Source: a virus
Taxonomy: Duplodnaviria; Caudoviricetes
DNA length: 54,765 nt
Strand: one strand, 5' to 3'
IMG/VR virus record: IMGVR_UViG_3300025769_000149
Span: 1 to 54,765 of that record
In this document: positions 41,001 through 47,939 of the stretch, piece by piece
How positions within the stretch are numbered: the first letter of the stretch is position 1
Layout of the letters: every line of letters starts with the position of its first letter
Program-made: the position numbers and the translations under genes
The notes under the pieces: generated by a model
What the model was told of the DNA's origin: nothing
Database searches by the model: none
The model's input: only the letters and a program-made list of their open reading frames with translations

Positions 41001-42033
41001 AAATACACCAATGCAATACAACAGAATCATGAAGCGCGCTGCGCAAGACATGGTTAATGGTAGAGGTGATCCAAAAGAACATATTTCAAAAATTATCTAC
41101 TACGGTGCTGTACAAAGCATGATATTCTATGGTCTTCAAACAGCGCTATTTAGTGTTATGTTTGGTGATGACGAGGAAGAAGACGATTTAGATACTAAAA
41201 AGGAAAGAGTAGTTAACGGTATGTTAGATAGCATACTGCGTGGAGCAGGTATTGCAGGCGCTGTAGTATCTACAATAAAGAACACTATACTAGAGCATCT
41301 TGATCAAAAGGCAAAAGAAGACGATGATATATACTTTACAGAGTATAATGAAGCTGACGTACTTATAGAAGCCCTTAATCTCTCGCCACCAATAGGTATT
41401 AAAGCTAGAAAGTTAGTTAGTGGTATGCGTACTTGGGAGTACAATCAGGACGTAATAGATCACATGTCTAAAACTGATATCGACAATCCTATTTACGACG
41501 CTTCATTCTCTGTAACAGAGGCTGTAACTAACATACCCTTAAGTAGACTTCACAGCAAATTTGAGAATCTTAGAGAAGCTATGGACTCTGATAACGAAAC
41601 CTGGAAACGTGTTGCCATGTTCTTAGGTTGGAACAAGTGGAGTTTTGGTATTAAAAACCAAGATGTGGTAGATGCCAAGGGTGAAATTAAAGCAATCAAA
41701 GACGTAGAGAAGGAAGAAAGAAGAGAGCAGAAGAAAGTAGAAAGAGAAATAGAAAAAGCTGCTGAAGAAGAAGCTGAGATAGAAGATAACATGCTTGATC
41801 AGGACGAGCAGAGAGAAGAGGGTGCTGAAGAAGTTCAGTGCGCGGCTGTTAGTGGATCTGGCAAACGTTGCTCTAACATGGCTTTACCTGGTAAAAACTT
41901 TTGCACTATACACGAGCAGGTTGAACAACGTGAAGACGGTAAAGAAGTTCAGTGCTCACATATAAAATCAAACGGCGAGCGCTGTAAAATGAAAACAAAA
42001 AATAACTCAGGAAAATGTTACTACCACGATTAA
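32089..42033 (+). CDS. giant multidomain internal virion (polyvalent-type) protein
   Basis: 3314 aa; Gly/Ala membrane-like segments, HEGTH zincin, sigma-region-2-like segment, HAD domain (DFDDTL, LTAR, FVDD), two C-terminal Cys3His Zn fingers. Confidence 0.8.
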   Translation: MNPELERLVQEKIDAAKAANEGVLSEEAKADIMKFVQQYKEDEQIKKDQDSQPGPGGESTTSGQPDASQSTTEVSTDDSSLEQEDEDQVVVDGDSEEEVIIEDQNQEEEVVVEEQQDPPKIISDRGDGWEYKRENGIYYTKKAGASSWTKTSGDVANTIAKEMFPEYGEFVDKVDADYVEGDGADQPGIFEGIEDKFTQDLKTNIKREYEGESNYSSSTVAGDFKGTAAFPNLQASHSNDNRYYVEHAAVFRPDGGYLTISDDDETGIDRTVDNVTEWYNTGDNSQIASNPIWSLFERKDNGNADPAFGGSEAIFGMAKNKAGEEYGYQFNDVEGMNEALSVSGYTIEPIYPVQYMSKNIHGEYMLDQWSTNNRYNQQKGRHGVVIRGYRVLKDGEVVLGEAPEGFEGYNPNPLGEDEANEIGGTMNNNYAGVSSAEVQNYFWNLAKDFHEENGFGYDDEGNPTVNFLQKSREYMVGREAEVLSGIDAELSDFEDKYIITRDDPSTLDIDETEYSDTATRLAFKNNDILTKDVVGVILEGSDLPQEEVDLISNYFNEPIYYTTKTEKNIKGRTFVETKETLASDWQKQRLDNVLESDMYKSLSPEGQEVVRNSLTAGSEMIDIMVGAAVDEQVARRKSILLEREIANSPDANIVRGVIDEKTAPHNIQAKINAFSARQSTIENHLKQKSDTLATTINGALADVAEAGYGYHSEGNVEDGTFRLIVDMPEDGSEEDRKVFQKRIDDLYGQYETINSDYMNGLRGEMLSYLEFVNETQDNAATLATVSKEFDERDVQWKDWMDAWKGMWWGTTAFFGSEEGMAGLQRIDDRGEVYRTMLTGSEAWAIGQKGEYASRTFTQQLPNLLVAVGTGGVTSTGLKALGASANVIKYGSSATTGFGVFGTGSAGQKKKQIYDMRTAGEEAQKQLTNLEAQYKNGDVSTAEYLVQKGQLEKTIALGDIDDTELYTAMASALVIEGGVTTFFGTAINSQKLLKAFGGEVDDVLRTATNTWYQNVGRGIFATAKETGSEVIEESLIFFGDQMAGSLILGQDADYSGALDVVMSSIISAGPTQGSGNVYNAFTSTMATSDTRAVYNDVMTNLDMITASMERAATPAEKAALKVDYLQEVGRLSNLQAGLELDVLVGGSKTLKTTLEANKALLKIHQEAGIKGSDSQATIDKKLKAYRATLSGGDLKSFDQRLSSAQNRISQTHAEVAQAYEDGNVVEDVYGEEGLKVQERLSKKPGWEQLSNREKAVAVHTEMQRKARNNRINSHRKDEKLMDYVELQVYGGKFSESGRKNRNRKAEDAIIDRYATDLQVRKGWTTMQAREGNVSLESILADPSVAGNFEVIQADSNEDLMAKLKQEFDNGNITEDEYNALRDDMQDMFKSSTKDGVEFGAIVGGKYITMADTQQVQDALDNGEMLQGTVALHEGTHAIDVLSGMNAEGQMENFAVNLQQGLAADENLRWVDQSARDRVNALNLEPGSQEYYDEYTKSVQDILGNKYYKSEFNAAKKAAGRTSLRNWYRMSTGKGFTIKTGKDALNFMVSNIEAFRNGEVSKLTKSRIEGTLDGETSKKRFSRSGQEASERVQALYEDQGVGAAMDIIDEFGARVNKLVNKYQDVPGFDRQLLTDEINTGRRGILDMILEYDQDANPGVPVAAYINKFLDRRAIEAANRILKTDFESDVTEARGIAAEETADVDIQTRTREGIRLGDRFGERGQSMHDSVVERVKNGDIDTDGKSYKTLGNALVDETQVMFGVSPKPGNLTKGDVANAQNFILKHADTLLAMLPEGTDSSGKSTGVNKVLLESLYTKGSRVSASKTGSKAGLAAQVKRGDITKQEFLEIFGITPAGTPNVSDRNTSARVKALIDQTGKAITNQAAKEALIQNGEEGAFAFEDGKSKVLYSKTLLDTSTKYPKIAQAVLNRLHRPEGLDIIKSLSGNVKGAFNSLFTEDDIKAMAMDQFGKAGNREIKLVTERLNKIGTEIQALHDQYSKYLDIQDQTDFVMIDTPIEEVILGHVINDSTEHRQYYKTIIGAENELDMRNPEHRDLARNATGKLAAKFSPEFNERFLVPGLSAATNPKRGYFVDGVDDTRLLVGSKKGETGKYSKPPSGYMKGKLDNDGVNKIKNNKAVVKAQQENNQAFRQVVEELRNMVANGEITLGQATAILQVMNANQKGLTRASAILDFVPSKKFKGPATLEHMTPALQVNLQALRYIATGDVDQKTMFDQTMDNYRLAYLPEKYDKIVNLFYKSTVPYWQTPDMSPLGRYYGPQLLAAGFDLELDMMSTGVTVGGDAGIDIKNWRKANTGRKKALGNLAANTDIATDQKTVNDARQAVKFSRSGKVKGMTAWDFDDTLATTKSNVIFNKDGETKIVSAEDFAKEGAGLVADGWIPDFSEFNKVTGGKPGPMFDKAMRRAKKYGTEDTYILTARAPEAAPAIKQFLDALGLNIPLKNITGLGNSTGEAKARWLLDKHAQGYNDIAFVDDAMQNIDAVNKVFNQFDIKGKVELAKTKFSRSAPTEFSKILSEGEKDLNDDFNIVLEESKDVGKEKTFSTAKAKQRGKGKGKFKFFLPPSAEDFKGLIYPFLGKGKVGEQHHKWFKENLFDPYSKGMKRVNAIKQEVSSDVRALKRNNKDVTKKLKKKVPGTDFTYEQAIRVYNWNKAGLDVPGLSNADLKALNKAVNDNPTIKLFAEGLAQIQSKPGADVDVKEDWLAGTITSDMVELIDQSRDMLLQEFNDNADVVFSEQNLNKIEAVFGSRHREAIEDILYRMKTGSTRNFGSNRILNDFMNWVNGSVGTTMFFNARSAVLQMISNVNFINWHDNNPLKAAKAFANQKQYWGDVAMIFNSPTLKQRRGGIGTDLNAAELLKDLEKSDNKMKVVTSHLLQLGFTPTQIADSLAIATGGATMYRNRIQTYLDEGMSQNEAESKAFEDMMDIAEETQQSTRPDKISQQQASPLGKLILAFQNTPMQYNRIMKRAAQDMVNGRGDPKEHISKIIYYGAVQSMIFYGLQTALFSVMFGDDEEEDDLDTKKERVVNGMLDSILRGAGIAGAVVSTIKNTILEHLDQKAKEDDDIYFTEYNEADVLIEALNLSPPIGIKARKLVSGMRTWEYNQDVIDHMSKTDIDNPIYDASFSVTEAVTNIPLSRLHSKFENLREAMDSDNETWKRVAMFLGWNKWSFGIKNQDVVDAKGEIKAIKDVEKEERREQKKVEREIEKAAEEEAEIEDNMLDQDEQREEGAEEVQCAAVSGSGKRCSNMALPGKNFCTIHEQVEQREDGKEVQCSHIKSNGERCKMKTKNNSGKCYYHD

Positions 42034-43058
42034 GTTTATTATTAACCTTACTATTTAGCTGTACACTACTACAAGCTCAAGAACTAAAGAAAGCATTTAA
42101 GTTTTCTACGTTCTACGCAGCTGTTAACGGAGGTAACTCCGTGTCGGATCAGACTATATACTCTGTTACTGATGGATTAACTCAAGAGACTATAGCGACT
42201 CCATTTGACTACAGTTTGTCTATGGGTGTACGTAAAATCGCTAGGTTTGGATACGAGAATAGAGCTAACGCTTTCTACGATGGAACAGAAACATCTTACT
42301 CTGCTGATGCTAATATAGGTAAGCGCAACGGTATAGAGTTTCTTGGAGAGGTTACATACGAAAGACAGCAAGGCCGGGAGTTCTTCAACCAGCACCACTT
42401 TTTTCGTTACATTGGAGATAAAGTTATGGCAAAAGTTGAATACCTTGAAGACGGGTTTGCAGACATCGAGTACTTCGAGGCCTCTCAAAGATATAGACTT
42501 AAGCTCGGTAAGAAGTTTTCTATCCACGCAGGAGTTGCTCAACGTATCTCAGAGCCCTATGGATATGATCCACTCGCTGAATGGAAACTTGCAAACGGAG
42601 ATATTCACTACACTTACCTCGCGCTTCAAGAAGGATATACTCACAACCTTACAACTGGAGAATATATGGCTCCAGACGGAACAGTTGTCGCTTCAAACAC
42701 TGAGGTCTGGGAAGCAGTCACTATCCCTGAAGTCTTATCTGAATACTCTGCTAGAAAAAGAAATGAACTTGCTCGCCAGTGGAATTACTCGGTGGTTGCC
42801 GGGTTCGACTTCTATCACTTTACAGAGGACTTCTGGTTCCACACTTGGGGAAATGTTATGCCCTACCATTACGACACAGGTGGGGAATATATGTATCACA
42901 ACACAGTGGACGGCCAGTGGCTTGACTACTCGGGCGGACTTATTTTCGGACACAGATTCAACAAACACATTGGAGTTTTTCTTGAAGGTAGATATAACAA
43001 ATACTGGAATAGGGAATGGTATAACTTTAAGTGTGGTGCAAACTATGTAATCTTTTAA
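42015..43058 (+). CDS. putative outer-membrane beta-barrel protein
   Basis: Sec signal (LLLTLLFSCTLLQA), aromatic-rich alternating strands, C-terminal ANYVIF with terminal Phe (BAM signal). Confidence 0.7.
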   Translation: MLLPRLSLLLTLLFSCTLLQAQELKKAFKFSTFYAAVNGGNSVSDQTIYSVTDGLTQETIATPFDYSLSMGVRKIARFGYENRANAFYDGTETSYSADANIGKRNGIEFLGEVTYERQQGREFFNQHHFFRYIGDKVMAKVEYLEDGFADIEYFEASQRYRLKLGKKFSIHAGVAQRISEPYGYDPLAEWKLANGDIHYTYLALQEGYTHNLTTGEYMAPDGTVVASNTEVWEAVTIPEVLSEYSARKRNELARQWNYSVVAGFDFYHFTEDFWFHTWGNVMPYHYDTGGEYMYHNTVDGQWLDYSGGLIFGHRFNKHIGVFLEGRYNKYWNREWYNFKCGANYVIF

Positions 43059-43061
43059 GAT

Positions 43062-43346
43062 ATGGCTACTGATCAATATAATAAAGGTCCGCTAAGAATA
43101 ACAGAAGAGGCCTATGAAAGACGCAATAAAAAAATGCGCAAAGATAACCCTGGTATGGGTAAGAGACTTACCAAAGGTAAAAACAAACGAAGAATAAGCT
43201 TTGCTTGTAGATTTGGTGCACAGAACCACCCTATGAAGAATAAGAAAGGAGAGCCTACGGCTTATGCTAAAGCTTTAAAAAAGTGGGGTTTTAGTAGCGC
43301 TGCTGAAGCTAGAAAATTTTGTAACGCAAATAAAGAAAAGAAATAA
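43062..43346 (+). CDS. small basic hypothetical phage protein
   Basis: RRISFACRF...KALKKWG; highly Lys/Arg-rich. Confidence 0.7.
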   Translation: MATDQYNKGPLRITEEAYERRNKKMRKDNPGMGKRLTKGKNKRRISFACRFGAQNHPMKNKKGEPTAYAKALKKWGFSSAAEARKFCNANKEKK

Positions 43347-43516
43347 TGGCATTTAAAATGAAATCACCGCTTGCAAAAAAGAAATGCGGTCCTTATAGAA
43401 AGAAAAACGCTCAAGGCAAAGAACAAGGCGTGGACGGTATGGCTTGTTGGGAAGGCTATAGATATGCTGGAACAGAAGACGGTTCAGATAAGTGTGTACC
43501 AATAGGAAGAAAATAA
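43346..43516 (+). CDS. MAFK-leader family protein 7 (56 aa, absent from the ORF track)
   Basis: MAFKMKSPLAKKKCGPYRKKNAQGKEQGVDGMACWEGYRYAGTEDGSDKCVPIGRK; TAATG-coupled; fills the gap. Confidence 0.8.
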   Translation: MAFKMKSPLAKKKCGPYRKKNAQGKEQGVDGMACWEGYRYAGTEDGSDKCVPIGRK

Positions 43517-43517
43517 A

Positions 43518-43799
43518 ATGGCAAAGCAAATAGGTGAGGATACTAAAGTAACATTAGACCTCAAGACAATAGGTATGGCATCAGCAGGTTTGGCTGCTTT
43601 AATTGGTATGTACTTTACACTACAAGCTGATATAGCTTTAGCAAAGGAATTACCTGAACCGCTACCTGCAGAAGTTACTCGTATGGAGTTTGATATGAAA
43701 GATCAATTGATTCGTCAAACTATTATGACCACACAAGAAGACGTGACTGAGATTAAGGACGACATGAAACGTATCGAAGAGAAAATAGATAACCTGTAA
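43518..43799 (+). CDS. single-TM membrane protein with C-terminal coiled coil
   Basis: TM IGMASAGLAALIGMYFTL, then heptads VTEIKDDMKRIEEKIDNL. Confidence 0.75.
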   Translation: MAKQIGEDTKVTLDLKTIGMASAGLAALIGMYFTLQADIALAKELPEPLPAEVTRMEFDMKDQLIRQTIMTTQEDVTEIKDDMKRIEEKIDNL

Positions 43800-43803
43800 T
43801 GAT

Positions 43804-44175
43804 ATGGAAACAGATACAATGAACTTTGGAACAGTGATTGCATACATATTCTTAATGTTATGTATGTTCGCAGCTGGTACAGCGCTTGGGCAGAACATGT
43901 GTAATAGTGATATTTGTGTTGTGCAGTTTAACGCTAGTTGGAACGAGAGCAATAGTGTAGATTATCTTGATGAACTCACTGATTGCAACGTTATGAACGT
44001 CAACATAGATGAAGGTACTTATCAATCTGATTACAAGATAGTTGTAGTGCCTACGATTATAGTATTTAACGGAGAAGAGGTTGAGAGGTTTCAAGCTAAT
44101 ATTATGATGCAAATGGATGCTACTAGGAAAGACGTGCAGAGTGTTGTCGATGAAATAATCTATAGCGATTTTTAA
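43804..44175 (+). CDS. exported thioredoxin-fold protein lacking CxxC
   Basis: signal peptide; VVQFNASWN in place of FxAxWCxxC; cis-Pro loop VVPTIIVFNGEEVERF. Confidence 0.7.
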   Translation: METDTMNFGTVIAYIFLMLCMFAAGTALGQNMCNSDICVVQFNASWNESNSVDYLDELTDCNVMNVNIDEGTYQSDYKIVVVPTIIVFNGEEVERFQANIMMQMDATRKDVQSVVDEIIYSDF

Positions 44176-44588
44176 TGGAGAAGTATATATACAAAGCTAA
44201 ACTAGAAAGAGTCGTTGACGGTGATACTATTGACGCTCTAATAGATTTAGGGTTTGATACGTGGGTGAAGAAGAGGATTAGATACAAAGGTATTGATACA
44301 TGGGAGTCGCGAACGAAAGATTTAGACGAAAAAAAATTAGGTCTCGCCGCAAAGGATCGCAACAAAGAGCTTTTGGAGTCAGTAAGTTCCAAACCAGGTT
44401 GCTTCAGATTAAGAAGTCACGGCGTAGGAAAGTACGGTAGAGTACTTGGTGAGATCTTTGTTAAAGATATAGAAGGAATAGAATATAATGTTAACCAAAC
44501 ATTGATAGACGAAGGCCATGCGTATGTTTACGATGGTGGTAAAAAGAAAATGTTTGTCAATAAAGAAAGTAAAAAGAACGTATTATGA
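44175..44588 (+). CDS. thermonuclease (SNase-family) nuclease
   Basis: RVVDGDTID, IRYKGIDTWE, GKYGRVLG, LIDEGHA. Confidence 0.88.
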   Translation: MEKYIYKAKLERVVDGDTIDALIDLGFDTWVKKRIRYKGIDTWESRTKDLDEKKLGLAAKDRNKELLESVSSKPGCFRLRSHGVGKYGRVLGEIFVKDIEGIEYNVNQTLIDEGHAYVYDGGKKKMFVNKESKKNVL

Positions 44589-44734
44589 TTGATTGGATTA
44601 ATGGCTTTGATGCCGGAAACAAAAAGGAAAAGTATTTTTTAGAATTTAGATTAGGAACCCTAACTCTATTAGAGATTAAGTGGGAAGCTAAGAAGTTTAG
44701 GTTTATGATATTCAACTTAGGATTTGAAGTATGA
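44585..44734 (+). CDS. small hypothetical protein (49 aa, absent from the ORF track)
   Basis: MIDWINGFDAGNKKEKYFLEFRLGTLTLLEIKWEAKKFRFMIFNLGFEV; ATGA overlaps at both ends. Confidence 0.65.
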   Translation: MIDWINGFDAGNKKEKYFLEFRLGTLTLLEIKWEAKKFRFMIFNLGFEV

Positions 44735-47028
44735 AAAAGCTAGGTTACTTATTTGTAATACTATTTTGGTTATTAGCTAGTTCAGTATTAGGACAAGGTA
44801 GTTGGCTGGACATTACTGTACAGACAGATAACTATGCGGCTGAAACATCATGGGAGATATTAAACGAAGACGAAGAAGTTGTTGCTGTTAATCCTCCATA
44901 CCAGGACAATAGCTTATTAACTATAACAAAGTTTTTACCTGCTGGTGATTACCAGTTTGTAATGATGGACTCTTTTGGTGATGGTATATGCTGTGGCTTT
45001 GGCGAAGGTTTTTATAGACTGCACAACGCTTGCGGTTTAGATACAGCTAACTATGAGTTTGCTACCGCCGTTGACACTATAGACTTTACACTTAACCCTT
45101 GCTTACCGCTAGTACCAGGTTGCACTAATGATCTAGCGAACAACTATAACCCATGGGCCACTGTTGAAGATGGCACGTGTAACGTAATCGAGTGTGACTC
45201 AGCTGAGACGCTGGTGTCTATGGAGTTAACGTTAGACACTTGGCCTAACGAAACTGGTTTTACATTAGTTGATTTAGCTGTTGGTCAGTTTTACGAACAG
45301 GTGTTTCCTGGTGAGTACAATTTCGGTGACCAGCTCGTTACGTATACATACGACTTTTGTGTATCACTAGGTTTTGAGTTGATACTAGTAGATACGTTTG
45401 GTGATGGACTAAATGGTTCAGCATCAGGTGGTGAAGACGGAGCGTGTGTTATTACAGCTTGTGATAGTGTTATATGGGAGCTAGAAGATTTAGCGTTTGA
45501 AGAGTTTGACGGTGGCACAATGTACTCTGGTGCTATATTTACTGAGCCGTGTCCACCTGCACCTGATGTGCCTGGTTGCATGGACGACGATTATGTAGAT
45601 TATAACCCATTAGCTACAGTGCAAGACACCTGCGAAACTTTACACGTATGGGGTTGCACAAACCCTGAGGCATTTAACTACGATAGCTTAGCTACTATAT
45701 CAGATAACAATAGCCCTTGTGCTATTAACGTTACTATTGAAGACGATGGCGGTGATGGTTGGGGTAACTCAAAGCTAGGTATGATACAAGGTGATCAACA
45801 GTGGTTGTTTACTATGGGCCCTGGTTCGTTTGAGCAGTCATGGACTATCGACTTAGACTCTGACGCAGAGGTAAAGCTTTATTACTTTCAACAAGGTAAT
45901 GCTCAGCAATCAGCTCAAGAGTTAGCGTTCCAGACTCTACATAACTCTGTATTGATTACTAACGAAGCTGGTGATACATTATTATCTGAGGGTACAAACC
46001 CTTTCTTTGATAACGGACAGGGTGCGTTACAACCGTTTGACGAACCTAACTGGACTACATATAGCTTTGTACCTTACTGTGGTGATAGCTGTGAGCCTTT
46101 TAGCTACGGATGTACAGATATGATGGCGCAGAATTACAATGCTGATGTAAACACGGAGGATGGTAGCTGCTACTATCAAGCTGGTTGTACTCAAGCAGGT
46201 TACTTAGAATATTATACACAAGGATATGAAGCTGACTTTGATAACGGTAGTTGTAATACTCTCGCGGTATTTGGCTGCATGGATAGCGAGGCTTTTAACT
46301 ACAACCCAGAGGCAAATGTAGATAACGAAGGTTGTATACCTGTAGTACTAGGCTGCACGAACCCACTTGCCTTTAACTATAACTCGGCTGCTAATACCGA
46401 TGATGATAGCTGTATACCCTTCATCTACGGTTGCACAGACGCAATGATGTTTAACTATGATCCAGAAGCTAACGCTGAAGATGGTAGCTGTATTCCTTAC
46501 ATTTATGGTTGTACTGATGTGTACGCCTTTAATTATGATCCGTTGGCTAATACTGACAATGGCTCGTGCGAGGAAGTGGTGGTCGACTGTATGGACCCGC
46601 TAGCCTACAACTACAACGAACTTGCAAACGAACCTGCAGACAATTGTTTATACGACGCTGGTTGTGTAACAGGACCTGGTGAACCTTACTGGTTAAACGA
46701 TATGTGTTATGCTTGGGTTATTCAAGCGGATCCATTCTGCTGTGATGAAGCGTGGGATGCTACGTGTCAAGATACATATAACTACTGTTCATCTACAGGT
46801 ATAGAATCCATATTAGCTGGTGAAGACTTAGTTGTCTACCCAAACCCAGTTGGTAACGTGTTAAACATAAATCAAAAAGTTGACATAGACGTGATCGATT
46901 CAAACGGACGTATCATAGTATCTAAAACAAATACGAACGCGATAGACGCGTCCCTATGGCCTCCAGGAATGTATATGGTACGCATTGTTTGGAACGGTCG
47001 CGTTGTTGTCAAGAAGATTATCAAATGA
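44731..47028 (+). CDS. T9SS (Por secretion) cargo protein with Cys-rich repeats and a type A C-terminal sorting domain
   Basis: signal peptide; about 10 GC[TM]xxxAxNYxxxAxxDxGSC-type repeats; CTD VYPNPV...IDSNGR...PGMYMVRI...KKIIK. Confidence 0.88.
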   Translation: MKKLGYLFVILFWLLASSVLGQGSWLDITVQTDNYAAETSWEILNEDEEVVAVNPPYQDNSLLTITKFLPAGDYQFVMMDSFGDGICCGFGEGFYRLHNACGLDTANYEFATAVDTIDFTLNPCLPLVPGCTNDLANNYNPWATVEDGTCNVIECDSAETLVSMELTLDTWPNETGFTLVDLAVGQFYEQVFPGEYNFGDQLVTYTYDFCVSLGFELILVDTFGDGLNGSASGGEDGACVITACDSVIWELEDLAFEEFDGGTMYSGAIFTEPCPPAPDVPGCMDDDYVDYNPLATVQDTCETLHVWGCTNPEAFNYDSLATISDNNSPCAINVTIEDDGGDGWGNSKLGMIQGDQQWLFTMGPGSFEQSWTIDLDSDAEVKLYYFQQGNAQQSAQELAFQTLHNSVLITNEAGDTLLSEGTNPFFDNGQGALQPFDEPNWTTYSFVPYCGDSCEPFSYGCTDMMAQNYNADVNTEDGSCYYQAGCTQAGYLEYYTQGYEADFDNGSCNTLAVFGCMDSEAFNYNPEANVDNEGCIPVVLGCTNPLAFNYNSAANTDDDSCIPFIYGCTDAMMFNYDPEANAEDGSCIPYIYGCTDVYAFNYDPLANTDNGSCEEVVVDCMDPLAYNYNELANEPADNCLYDAGCVTGPGEPYWLNDMCYAWVIQADPFCCDEAWDATCQDTYNYCSSTGIESILAGEDLVVYPNPVGNVLNINQKVDIDVIDSNGRIIVSKTNTNAIDASLWPPGMYMVRIVWNGRVVVKKIIK

Positions 47029-47939
47029 TTAAGTGGATAGGTCAACATATATTTGACTTCATAGCTAGGTTTCGTAGTGATGTATATATTGAAAGTGACA
47101 TATATATTGAAAGTAATCTTAGAATAGATAACGCAACTATAGGCAGCGTACAAACATCTTTAGAATCATTTGCAGATAACGACACTAGCTTAATGACGTC
47201 AGCTGCTATTGACGATCGTATTAATGCTGCTGGTGGTGGCGTAAGCGTATCTGATAGCACCGCTAATACAGACTTTCCCGTAGTGTTTCACGACGAGTCA
47301 AACAATCTACACGATGACACAGCTGCGTTTACATATAATCCTAGTACTGGTAACGCAGTTATCCCTAAGATACAGACAGCTGGAAACATAGAACTAGGTC
47401 ACGCGTCAGATACTACTATAGCTAGATCTGCGGCTGGTAGAGTTACTATTGAAGGAGAAGAAATAGTTACTACTAGAACACCAGGTTTAACCAGTGCCGC
47501 AGCTGGTATACCATGCGCGATAATGCAGGTTAGAAGAACTATAACACAGGCTGAAGCTAACTCTATGCATTCAACACCTATTGAAATAGTTCCAGCTCAA
47601 GGAGCCAATACTGTCATTATACCTTTAGGAGGTATGGTAAGGATAGATAGAGCTACTACTCAAAGTAATAGTGCTACTGACTGGAACATGCACTACGCTG
47701 ATCAGGAACCAGGTGCTTACCTTACCACGTCAATTCATCACATAAGAAGATTTATGTACAACGAAGCTGGTGATAGAATATATCACATAACACCTGGTCT
47801 TGCGTCCACAGAAGTAGCTCAAAATTTAACTGACGACGTTAACAAAGCTGTAGAGGTTAGCTTTGATTCAGCGGCAACAACAAATGCTTTTACAAGCGTG
47901 GATGTGTATTTAACTTATTACGTAATATCAATAGCATAA
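47025..47939 (+). CDS. tail-fibre-like virion protein
   Basis: true start ATG 47025 (MIKWIGQHIFDF, ATGA overlap); DNDTSLMTSAAIDD, FTYNPSTG, LGHASDTTIARS fibre-type motifs. Confidence 0.65.
   Translation: MIKWIGQHIFDFIARFRSDVYIESDIYIESNLRIDNATIGSVQTSLESFADNDTSLMTSAAIDDRINAAGGGVSVSDSTANTDFPVVFHDESNNLHDDTAAFTYNPSTGNAVIPKIQTAGNIELGHASDTTIARSAAGRVTIEGEEIVTTRTPGLTSAAAGIPCAIMQVRRTITQAEANSMHSTPIEIVPAQGANTVIIPLGGMVRIDRATTQSNSATDWNMHYADQEPGAYLTTSIHHIRRFMYNEAGDRIYHITPGLASTEVAQNLTDDVNKAVEVSFDSAATTNAFTSVDVYLTYYVISIA

Noticed and set aside
3044-41792. Many antisense ORFs of 60-170 aa inside + strand genes (e.g. 3044-3472, 14935-15279, 39078-39590)
   Set aside because: Ser/Leu/Phe-rich shadows of the coding strand with no motifs or independent expression signals
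47080-47115. 18-nt tandem duplication (DVYIES/DIYIES)
   Set aside because: Ordinary in-frame fibre micro-repeat
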